Shown here: positions 20,961 to 30,281 of the stretch, in pieces
Layout: every line of letters starts with the position of its first letter
How positions within the stretch are numbered: position 1 is the first letter of the stretch
DNA from: Candidatus Bathyarchaeota archaeon
Lineage (GTDB): Archaea; Thermoproteota; Bathyarchaeia; Bathyarchaeales; Bathycorpusculaceae
Reading direction: 5' to 3'
Assembly: GCA_963775895.1 (NCBI GenBank)
Contig: CAVZKL010000014.1
Coordinates: 1 to 55,659 of the forward strand
Length of the DNA: 55,659 nucleotides
The notes under the pieces: generated by a model
Told to the model about the DNA's origin: nothing
Databases searched by the model: none
The model's input: only the letters and a program-made list of their open reading frames with translations
Program-made: the position numbers and the translations under genes

Positions 20961-23900
20961 TTAGCTGAAGTTTGCGCCTATCAGTACGAGGTCGTAGATG
21001 TCGATTACTCCGTTGCCATTTAGGTCATATGCTGATGCTGCAGACCACAGTGGGTCACCCTGTTTGACATCGAAGTATGCGGCCACTGTTCTCAAGTCAG
21101 TGATGTCGACGATGCCGTCGTTGGTCAAGTCTCCTTGAATCGGCATGAATTTGAAAGCAACGTTGTTCACGCTGATCTGACCGAGCCCGCCTTCCTGGTA
21201 CACGAGTGGTTGAACCCCTACCCCTGAGAAGCTGAGGCTGGCACTGTGGAACCAGATTTGACCATCAAGCTCGTTGACTTGGCCTTGTTTCCATATCATC
21301 GTTGCAATGTCTTGGAACGTGATGTTCAGGAGCCAGCGGTTTCCGCTCATAGGAATTCCAGTTACATATCCTTCGAGTATGCCGTTCACAGGGTCGACAT
21401 TTGTGATTGTTCCTGAACCTAGTTCTCCCCATGAAACGCTTACGTAGCTCATCAATGTAGGACTGTAATATATCGTAAAGTTTAAGCCGTCCACAGTTAT
21501 TGCGTTGGTCACATTTACCTGCACTGTGAAGTGCTCGCCATATTTTCTACACGTTATCGTGTTCTGAGACATCTGAAGCTGGGGCTGATACGGCGGGCCG
21601 CCGTTAATGTTATATATTCTGCCGTGGCCGAAACCACTATCTCCAGTTCCGCCTAAGCTTTCAACTCCTACATACCAACAATCTAATGTGTTATCACTAT
21701 TGACAATGACGTTACCGTTGTCATCGACTTTGAAAGTCAGTCCTCCTGCTTCGCCCCCTTCCCAAGTACCTGCTGTGCCAATTGGAAGTATTGGATTGTA
21801 TGGAGAGAAGGTCAAGTTTGTCCAGTCTCCAACGCGGCAATATGCGACACCGTCTTCTTTGTAGTTGCCCGTCAAAGTCAAGTACATGGAACCGCCGTAT
21901 ATGTACGTGTAAAGCGGAGTGAGCAACGAGCTATACCAACCTGAACCTTGTGGGACAAGTATGTTTTTCTGCATATACGTCCAAGTCAACCCGTCCGGAG
22001 AACTTAGACAACTCACGGTTGTAGGGCCAATGTACCCTATCCAGAACGTGGAGTTGACCCGCGCACATGAAAACTCGTTGGCGCCTGAGACTATTGGATT
22101 TCCTGAATATCGGGTTACGTTTCCTACAGTGTAGCCACCACTCCCATCGGGCGCAATATCAAGAAATGCCAGACCTACCGACCCAGATTGGTAGTAAACC
22201 CAATAGGTTCCATTAATTTTGATATGGGTGGTTGTCCAGCATACCTCTGAGCTTTCCCATGTGCTTGGCAAAGGAGACAGTACTGGATTTCCGGCATATT
22301 TGGTCCAGTTGAGGCCGTTGGTGCTCCAAGCAAATCCGGCTCGTCTTTGTCCTATTGGGGCCCCATTGTAGAGCATAAAGTAAGTGCCAAAGTCGTGGTC
22401 AAACCATATGCATTCGTCGTAGACCCAGCCTTTTTCCCAAGGTTGCGTCGCCACAAAATCTGTGCGGACACGATCAGCCACGCCACCCGTGAAGTTGATT
22501 ACTACTTCGACGGACCACTCATGCTTCCCCGTCAATCCAAGCGCGCTCGCCGAAGCTGTAACGTTAAATACTCCAAGATTGCTGAAGGTGCAGTTCCATG
22601 AAGCAGTCTGTAGGTTGTAATCAACCTGCTGTTGCAAGCCGTTCATGTACCAAGTTATATCTGCCGGAATTATGTAAGACACCTGAAACGTTTGCTGACT
22701 TCCGCGATCGAGCGTTACCAGTGCCGCAGGTGATGCACTAGTAACCTCCAAATCTGACATCGTTTTGAAACTGAACGTCTGGTTGTTCCATATTCCAAAC
22801 AAGGGGTCTATCGCACACACCTGCCACGTGTAAGTAGTGTTAAGCTGGAGACCACTGACACCAACAGAATATGCACCATTATACACACCTAGACCCTGAC
22901 CCGAACCGATATTCGGACTCGTAGTAACATAGTAGTTCATCGAGTCGTTCAGATAGTCCGTCAAATCAAAGCTAAGCACAGACAACGAGGGACCAACCGT
23001 TGCGCCGATTGCTGGTGACAGGTTTGAGATGCTTGGAAATTTGAGCGAGAAGGTTTCTTCAGACGCAACGGTGTAGAAGGATGAAGGCGACTGCTGATTG
23101 TTGTACTCCGTTGACAACCATGACGCGCTCCTAACTATGTTTGAAATTCGCACCTCATCAACTGCACCGTTCCAAAATCGACTATAACCACTAAGATATC
23201 TTGCACCTATCACTCCATGATTAGGATCGTCGCTAGAAAACCAGCTTGGCACGCTACTACTCAAGGTTTGCGCTGCACCATTAAGATAAAAGGCAATATT
23301 ATTCGCGGCAGTTACCGCGTCGCACCAATACGCCCACGTTCCAGCAGTCAAATAGGTACTAACGCCCGTTAAGCCATAATGGTACAGAGAGTTTCCAATG
23401 AGTATTTCGTTGTCAGTGGCGAATATCCCCATACCAACTCCGCTTCCACCCGAATCTGTCTGTCCAAAACTAACAATCGGACTGCTTTGGTTGAGCGTGG
23501 TTGGATTTGCCCAACATTCGATAGTATAAGGCGGTGACAGCACAAAGGGAATAGTAGCATAGGAGCTTGAACCGTCGAAGCCCGCAGCACCATCAATCTT
23601 CCCACTCACATTCTGACTGACCCCACCATATGGCGTGCAATTGTAGTGGTATCCAGTCGAATCAATGAATGTTCCAGTAGCCTGCTCCAGATGCTGCACC
23701 ATAAGATAGTTTGAATCCCACGTACCTGCACTGTTCTGCTGATTAGAAGCGGAGGGGTTCCCATAATACATGTACAAAACAGTATCACTCACCGAGGACA
23801 GAGTAGGAACGTTAACCCAGGCGACCAACCTGCCGGCGCCATTATCATAGAATTCTATTTCATGATTGAGTTTGTTGCCGTAAGTATCAGCAAAGACAAT

Positions 23901-25460
23901 GTCGTTGCCGCTGACTTGAGCCTTATTCGCCAAATCTAGATCCGTAGTATCTATCAAAACTGTGAAGTTTGCTAGACTTCCGGTGACTTTCGCGTGGTCA
24001 ATTATTATTGCTTTTCTGTAAGGCCAGTCGATGTTCCACCAGTTTCCATAAAATTCTATAGTTTTGAAACTGAACGTCTGGTTGTTCCATATTCCAAACA
24101 AGGGGTCTATCGCACACACCTGCCACGTGTAAGTAGTGTTAAGCTGGAGACCACTGACACCAACAGAATATGCACCATTATACACACCTAGACCCTGACC
24201 CGAACCGATATTCGGACTCGTAGTAACATAGTAGTTCATCGAGTCGTTCAGATAGTCCGTCAAATCAAAGCTAAGCACAGACAACGAGGTGGACACCCGC
24301 GTTGCGCCGTTCAATGGCGACGGGTTTGAAATTGTCAGAGTCGCAAATGCTTCCTCAGACCCAACGGTGTAGAAGGATGAAGGCGACTGCTGATTGTTGT
24401 ACTCCGTTGACAACCATGACGCGCTCCTTACGATGTTTGAAATTCGCACCTCATCAACTGCACCGTTCCAAAATCGACTATAACTGGTAGAATGTCTTGC
24501 ACCTATCACCCTGTAATTGGCGTCGTTAGAGTAATAGCTGTTCGGGCTAGAACTCAGGGTTTGCGCTGCACCGTTAAGATAAAAGGCAATATTATTCGCG
24601 GCAGTTACCGCGTCGCACCAATACGCCCACGTTCCAGCAGTCAAATGGGTACTAACGCCTGATAAGGCATATTGGTACGCATAGTTTCCAACGGCTAGCG
24701 CGTTCTTAGTGTTGTATATGCCCATACTAACTCCGCTTCCGCCTGAATCTGTCTGCTGAAAACTGACAATAGCGTTATCTTGTGTGAGCGTCACAGGGTT
24801 TGCCCAACATTCAATAGTATAGGGCGGTGACAAGCCAAATGGAATAGTGGCATAAGAGCTTGAACCATCGAAACCAGCAGCACCATCAATCTCTCCAGTA
24901 ACATTATGGCTGACCCCGCCATTTGGCGCGCAGTCATTGTGGTTCCCAGTCGAATCAATAAACGATCCAGTAGCCTGCCCGAGATGCTGCACCATAACAT
25001 AATTCGAATCCCACGTACCAGCAACATTCTGCTGATTAGAAGCGCTTGGATTTCCGTAATACATGTAGAGGATCGTGTCTGCAGTCGAAGAGAGACTCGG
25101 CACCTTCACCCACGCAACCAAATAACCAGTCGGTGAATTGAATAGCTCTATCTCATGATTCAGCTTGTTCCCAGAATAATCGGCAAAGGCAATGTCGTTG
25201 CCACTCGATTGTGCATGAGATGAGAGACTGGAATCCGTAATATTGATCAGAATAGGAAAATTAGTGAGATTTGCCGAAACCTTCGTATGATCGATCATTA
25301 TGTTCTTCCGATACTGCCAATTGGAATCCCACCACACTCCACCCCCCTTAGCAAAATAGGGATTGAAGGCAACAGCAAAAAAACAGATGAGCAAAAGACA
25401 AGTTATCGTCAGAACAGAGAATTTCTTGGATTTCGTTCTAGACAAGCACATAATCCCCAA
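20961..25460 (-). CDS. Array gene G6 (1499 aa): signal peptide - 2x[DUF2341 - LamG/ConA-like - FN3/Ig-like] - Ig - 5-bladed glycosidase-like propeller - cohesin-like - dockerin (class B)
   Basis: WQYRKNIMIDHTKV, FWNGAVDEVRISNIVRS twice; GFAWSTNGLNWTKYAGNPVL; GDLTNDGIVDITDL...DLNGNGVIDIYDL. Confidence 0.9.
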   Translation of the reverse strand: MGIMCLSRTKSKKFSVLTITCLLLICFFAVAFNPYFAKGGGVWWDSNWQYRKNIMIDHTKVSANLTNFPILINITDSSLSSHAQSSGNDIAFADYSGNKLNHEIELFNSPTGYLVAWVKVPSLSSTADTILYMYYGNPSASNQQNVAGTWDSNYVMVQHLGQATGSFIDSTGNHNDCAPNGGVSHNVTGEIDGAAGFDGSSSYATIPFGLSPPYTIECWANPVTLTQDNAIVSFQQTDSGGSGVSMGIYNTKNALAVGNYAYQYALSGVSTHLTAGTWAYWCDAVTAANNIAFYLNGAAQTLSSSPNSYYSNDANYRVIGARHSTSYSRFWNGAVDEVRISNIVRSASWLSTEYNNQQSPSSFYTVGSEEAFATLTISNPSPLNGATRVSTSLSVLSFDLTDYLNDSMNYYVTTSPNIGSGQGLGVYNGAYSVGVSGLQLNTTYTWQVCAIDPLFGIWNNQTFSFKTIEFYGNWWNIDWPYRKAIIIDHAKVTGSLANFTVLIDTTDLDLANKAQVSGNDIVFADTYGNKLNHEIEFYDNGAGRLVAWVNVPTLSSVSDTVLYMYYGNPSASNQQNSAGTWDSNYLMVQHLEQATGTFIDSTGYHYNCTPYGGVSQNVSGKIDGAAGFDGSSSYATIPFVLSPPYTIECWANPTTLNQSSPIVSFGQTDSGGSGVGMGIFATDNEILIGNSLYHYGLTGVSTYLTAGTWAYWCDAVTAANNIAFYLNGAAQTLSSSVPSWFSSDDPNHGVIGARYLSGYSRFWNGAVDEVRISNIVRSASWLSTEYNNQQSPSSFYTVASEETFSLKFPSISNLSPAIGATVGPSLSVLSFDLTDYLNDSMNYYVTTSPNIGSGQGLGVYNGAYSVGVSGLQLNTTYTWQVCAIDPLFGIWNNQTFSFKTMSDLEVTSASPAALVTLDRGSQQTFQVSYIIPADITWYMNGLQQQVDYNLQTASWNCTFSNLGVFNVTASASALGLTGKHEWSVEVVINFTGGVADRVRTDFVATQPWEKGWVYDECIWFDHDFGTYFMLYNGAPIGQRRAGFAWSTNGLNWTKYAGNPVLSPLPSTWESSEVCWTTTHIKINGTYWVYYQSGSVGLAFLDIAPDGSGGYTVGNVTRYSGNPIVSGANEFSCARVNSTFWIGYIGPTTVSCLSSPDGLTWTYMQKNILVPQGSGWYSSLLTPLYTYIYGGSMYLTLTGNYKEDGVAYCRVGDWTNLTFSPYNPILPIGTAGTWEGGEAGGLTFKVDDNGNVIVNSDNTLDCWYVGVESLGGTGDSGFGHGRIYNINGGPPYQPQLQMSQNTITCRKYGEHFTVQVNVTNAITVDGLNFTIYYSPTLMSYVSVSWGELGSGTITNVDPVNGILEGYVTGIPMSGNRWLLNITFQDIATMIWKQGQVNELDGQIWFHSASLSFSGVGVQPLVYQEGGLGQISVNNVAFKFMPIQGDLTNDGIVDITDLRTVAAYFDVKQGDPLWSAASAYDLNGNGVIDIYDLVLIGANFS
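22762..24289. repeat. 229-bp apparently identical direct repeat (22762-22990 and 24061-24289) inside a ~1.3-kb tandem duplication in G6
   Basis: Direct comparison, offset 1299 bp; second near-identical block at about 23066-23185 and 24362-24481. Confidence 0.9.
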
Positions 25461-25530
25461 TCTCCCCTTCTAATTTGCAGAATAAAATACATACCTGAGA
25501 ATATTTAAAGGTTCAGGAACGCAATTCTAT
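25461..25530 (-). promoter_or_regulatory. Array promoter/leader motif, copy P6
   Basis: TCTCCCCTTCTAATTTGCAG...TATTTAAA-GG-TTCAGGAA-CGCAA-TTCTAT. Confidence 0.85.
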
Positions 25531-26094
25531 TCAGAATCCAAGCGCGCGTGTTTGAAGCACTTCAATAAGCTTGAAAAGAACTTGGCCATCAACAAAAACA
25601 AGTTCTAACGAATCTGAGGTAATGAATTCATAGTTGAGATGAACTGTGCGCAAAATCATTCCGCGCAAATTAAAAGGGAAAGGAACAACGAGCGCACAGC
25701 CCATCTCATATCTGTAACGAAGCCGAGGGCAAATATAAACATTCTTACGAATGGAAAAGTTTCAATCGACTCAACAATAGAGAAACCCTTCCACCGCTCA
25801 GCACTAGCCATACAAGAACTGTTCATCCATCTATCAGACAATTGTTTCAAGTAAAACAGAATTTGCATAGCGCACATTCATTGCCAATAATGGTGCCCCA
25901 TAAGTGTATTCGATGAGAATTTCCGCAACAACACTTATATTTTACGCAGACGATAATTCTTGTAGGGAGAAAGGGAAGGACAGCCGAGCGCACCGCCTAT
26001 GGGTAGCTTTGGTTTTTGAACCGTTTTTCGCCAAACAGAACAACAGTCCCGCTTGTTCCGCTACTTGTATTTCATACCTAATGCTTCAGAAAGG

Positions 26095-28913
26095 CTAGTC
26101 ATGCTGGTTGAAATAGAATACGGCTATGGCTATGTCTCTTATGTTGCAGACATCGTCGCTATTGATGTCCGCGTTGGGATTCCAGTTAGATGAGCTCGGT
26201 TTACTGTTGAACAACGACACCAAGTAAGCGACATCCCTCATGTTCACAAGGCCATCCGGGACTCCAGGAGTGATGCTGGACACGTCTCCGGGCACGCCGA
26301 TCCTGATGTTTTGACAGCATCCTGTGTTGTCGTCCAAGTCCGATTCGTTTGGCACCGCGTCCAAAACGGCTGTGAGGGTGTAGTTGCCGTAGCTGAATCC
26401 ATCGGCATTCCACGTGAAAGTCACCACGGTTTGCTGCCCGCTTAAGAAGCCGATCAGTTGAAATGAAGCGTTGGGAATCGGGTTTTGATTGGCATAGATG
26501 GTCAAGTTGGATATCTCATCGTAATCGCCTTCATCGTTCATAGTCACGGTTACAAGGGTTAAGTATCCCTTTCCCACGATAGGCTTCGAGCGGCTGACCG
26601 CGGTCACGCTGATGTCATCATGAGTCCCAACACTCGGTCCGAGATGCACCGATGCCTCCGATGAAGTTGTTGTCAAACAAGTACGTTTCGTTGGGAACTG
26701 GAATTGCGTAAGCAGATATGGTGTAGTAGCCTTCACCGCAATTGTCGGTAAACCATACGCACTGATAACTCGTTATCTGCCACGGAGGAAGTGCGACGAT
26801 GTTCAGCGTTGCAATCGGAATGCCATTAGCACGAACGGTGACGTTGCAATCCTGAGCCGCATAATATTCATTATAAGCAGAGACCGTGATTTTCACGGAA
26901 TGTCCGACGTACGTGTCGGACGTCGACGTTGTCACGTTGACAATGCCAACATTGGGCTGAGGAGCCCGTATAGTGAAATTGGAAACAAATTCGGGTGAAG
27001 CCCGTCCGCCGATAAATTCCCGTGCACAGGTGTAAACCGTCGCAGGTCCTGGGTAAGTATTCATAGGGATTTGCCCCGCGTTGAAGATGACAACGGTTTG
27101 ATTTGGCTGGACATAATATGCTCGAGATACGGTAGGTCTAAGAGTTGCAGGTTAACATCCTGAACAGTTACACTCACTTCAGCAACAGTTGGAAATATAC
27201 GATTATTCGTGATGGTCACGATTAGACGCAACGGTTCGCCCAAGTCAAAGTAATTTTTCGGTACACCGTTTATATCGCATGGAACCGCTGATGTCACTTG
27301 AACGAGCCAGTTTATGCCAAACTCACATACGTCCGACACCGTTTTTGTTCCGATGGTTACACTAGCGTTAACGCTATATTCTCCAAAATCGGGCAAAGCA
27401 TAAACAAGGAAAGTGAAGTACGCAATTCCGTTGCTAAAGGTTTGGGTAGCTCTGCGTATCCTCAGGGTTCCGTTTGGATAGTAAACGTTGAAGGTGACCA
27501 CTTTGCCAGCCACTGGAACGAGATCGTAAGTTGCATACGCGTATATGATGATCAATTCTTCTGGTGCGAAAGTGTCGCTGGGCTGGTTCAACCCATTTCC
27601 ACCTTTTTGAGTGTAAACGTCAATGGATGGACCCACCGGGAGTGCAATTACTGTCACGATCTTGGAGAATGAGCCAGTCAGGTTATTGTCATCTGTCACC
27701 ACGAGAGTCACGTTAAATGATCCGGGATTTGAGAAGGCGTGGTTGAGAATCATTCCTTGTCCGTGGAAACCGTCACCGAAGGTCCAGTTGTAGTTCACGA
27801 TAATGCCGTGGAGGTTGTTCGCGGTTGAACTTGAGGCATCAAAAGTTATTGAGTCATTCACGTATGGCAAACCTGGTGACCAGGTGAAGTACGCTGTGGG
27901 CGGTTTAGGAATTCCAGGAAGTAATTCAAAGAAACCTGGCTGAACGTTCGCCGATATTTGGGCGTTGTTTGCGTCGAGAAGCAAGACGTTTTGAAGAGCA
28001 ATTGATGAAGAACCTGTGTCCTTGACCCTGAAGGTGACATAAGCCAGAGTGCCACTTCCGTTTGCACCGATATTAGTGGCCAAATGTGCGCCGTAGGGAG
28101 TTATCACACCAGCGTTGTTATCAATGGTGCCTGGCTGCCACACAGTGGTTCCGGCACTTGCCAGAAACGGGCCCTCAGTGTAGTTGATGCATTCAAGAAC
28201 GTTGGGGTTGAAGGATACGCCTGCTTGCCAATAGTTCAGGTTAAGGATAGTAACTAGGCGCACAAGTAATGGTTATGTTGACTGTGAATGTTCCGTTTAT
28301 TGGAATCCATTCTGGTGGCCCGGAAAGGTTAGCTGGTGAAACAAATACGTCATACACGTCTGGTGGAGGAGCCGTCACTTGGACAGTTCCGTCTGAATCT
28401 GTGTGCGGAATTGGCTGTCGGAGGAATCTTCTCGTCGGCCAACTTCGTCTGAGTAAAATGAAGAGTTGTGTTTCCCTCACCTATGGCTTGAAACGTCACC
28501 TGAGCCAAGAGCCCATTTCCGTCAACCCAAACACCTACACCCAAAAGAGCACATGCCGCAAACACAAAACCAGTAGTGGAATTGTACGTGTTGTTCAGCG
28601 ATACGGTGAAAAATGTTGAACCACCAGAGTTCAAAAATGATCCTTCAGAAACTCCTGTGGCGCTTAGCACATCGTTGCGGTAGTAGAGCCCGAACTGCCA
28701 ACCCGTACAGTTCACTACGTCCGCGATCGTGATGTTAACCAGAAAAGTCTGACGCTGCGAAACAACATAGGTAGTGGGGGCAACTGCTATCGTCGTGGAT
28801 TGTGCGATGCCTCTTAATGGTGCGAGTTCGAACAGAAGCACAAAAACTAAAAAGACGCAGAAGCAAGCTTTACTCAGAAACTTGCTCGATAGTATTGCCT
28901 TATGAAACGTCAA
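26095..28913 (-). CDS. Array gene G7: signal peptide - 2 cohesin-like - PKD - Ig-like - CARDB-like x2 - dockerin (class A); several frameshifts
   Basis: Fragments 28350..28913, 28241..28480, 27061..28263, 26618..27064 and 26095..26736; PKD YNWTFGDG...GSFNVTLVVTD; DGLVNMRDV...DINSDDVCNIRDI. Confidence 0.8.
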
Positions 28914-29215
28914 CCCTCACTCATCTCTCACTTCAGCTTTCTCCCCGTACCGCGCGCACTCAGTGCAACGCTGAAGGAAATACTTCTGGACCAAACCTTA
29001 TATATCTTTTGAATTTAAGTTCTATTTCTTACGCATACGCGACATCATCCATGAACTATCGTATTAAATGAAACACATCTATCCAGACAGCAATGATCAG
29101 AAAATCAAGAGATTATCCATTTGTTCGGCCTCGAACCTCGTTCATTTCTCAAACAATACAATCCAGAACGTTCCGTGCGCGTGAGAGAAATCTTGCAGTG
29201 CCCACCGATGAAGCT

Positions 29216-29878
29216 TCAAGCGTTCTTCGTTGATGATCTCTCTTTTTGCAGACCTGAACCTATGCCCGGTGGCAGTTCGGGCAGTTTTTCGTTGATTCTC
29301 TGTTCGGCAACGGTTGCTGCCTCATTCAATATCTTGCTCGCATCCTCATTCAAAGCGTTGAAATTCAGAGTCATCCCAGAACTCTGCCCAGCATCGAACA
29401 TCACGCCGTTCAGCATGTTAGCGATCTCGCCGATCTCGTTCTCAGCCTCAGGAAGAACCCCCACAAGCCCCGTTCTGATAGAACCCAGAACTCCTATCAC
29501 CGGTCCGAGCGTAGACACAACGTCTCCTAGCTCCGACACTGTGCGCAGTCTAAGCAGCACCTGATCGAGCGCCAACCTCGCGTTCATCACCAGCTTCTCA
29601 ACCTTACGAACCTCCGCCAACTCGTTCGCATACACGTTCGCGTGTGCAGTGTCATGCTTCGTGTAAGAATCAACCACCTTCGCAAAAAGCGTCCTATCCT
29701 TCTGCCCGAACCTTTCCGAAGCCTGATCCAACCTCTGAACCTGAAGCTCGATACGCCTCACCGCAACGTCCAAACGAGGCTTCAACGCCCCCTCAGGCCT
29801 AACAGCACTTTTAACACGACTCGGAAAACGCTGCTCTTCTCGACTGGCTTCCCACTTCTTACCAAACCTCTCGGACAA
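29216..29878 (-). CDS. cdvB: ESCRT-III/Snf7 family protein (CdvB paralogue)
   Basis: GALKPRL...YANELAEVRK...LRLRTVSELGDVVSTLGP...ILNEAATVAE...LPELP resembles TACK CdvB-type proteins; TTG start 29878 behind GAGGT. Confidence 0.88.
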   Translation of the reverse strand: MSERFGKKWEASREEQRFPSRVKSAVRPEGALKPRLDVAVRRIELQVQRLDQASERFGQKDRTLFAKVVDSYTKHDTAHANVYANELAEVRKVEKLVMNARLALDQVLLRLRTVSELGDVVSTLGPVIGVLGSIRTGLVGVLPEAENEIGEIANMLNGVMFDAGQSSGMTLNFNALNEDASKILNEAATVAEQRINEKLPELPPGIGSGLQKERSSTKNA

Positions 29879-30052
29879 ACCCACAACCTCAAACCAGAAA
29901 GCTGCCCGCTGCACTCTTATGCGTTGCTAACATGCAGAAAACATGCTCAGATATATGCCCACTCAGACCACACTGGCTCACGCCACCTTGCCCACAAAGC
30001 CCAACAGAAAACCTCAAAACCTAACCGTCCAAGTGAACGCTTCCAAATCGCC

Positions 30053-30148
30053 CGCGCATATTTGGATCCTAATATTCATGATACATCGAAACCGAGGTGG
30101 ATAGGGCACACGATGGCTAAAAAAACAGCCACTAAAGAAACCTTCAAC
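30053..30148 (+). repeat. ~90-bp dispersed element, copy 1 (most diverged in its 3' half)
   Basis: Core GCATATTTGGATCCTAATATTCATGATACATCGAAAC. Confidence 0.9.
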
Positions 30149-30281
30149 GACTAAACCGAGACGAGAAGACAATGTGAGACGTGGCTGTAGAACTGTTATA
30201 GAACCTTGTTTCAAAACATAGATAACAATCGGATACAATATTGCTTCTGAACATTCTCGGGAGAACGGAGGAGGTGATTCC

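Noticed and set aside
22762-25330. Diversity-generating retroelement TR/VR pair
   Set aside because: Both copies are in-frame parts of one CDS, differences are not adenine-specific and no reverse transcriptase is present
25530-26095. Short ORFs in the G7-G6 spacer (25639..25854, 25656..25877, 25904..26098)
   Set aside because: No RBS, motif or coding-like composition that I can support
8152-28913. Canonical bacterial-type cellulosome or cellulose degradation
   Set aside because: No multi-cohesin scaffoldin with CBM3, no recognisable GH5/GH9/GH48 cellulase and no SLH or sortase anchor; only the module types are shared
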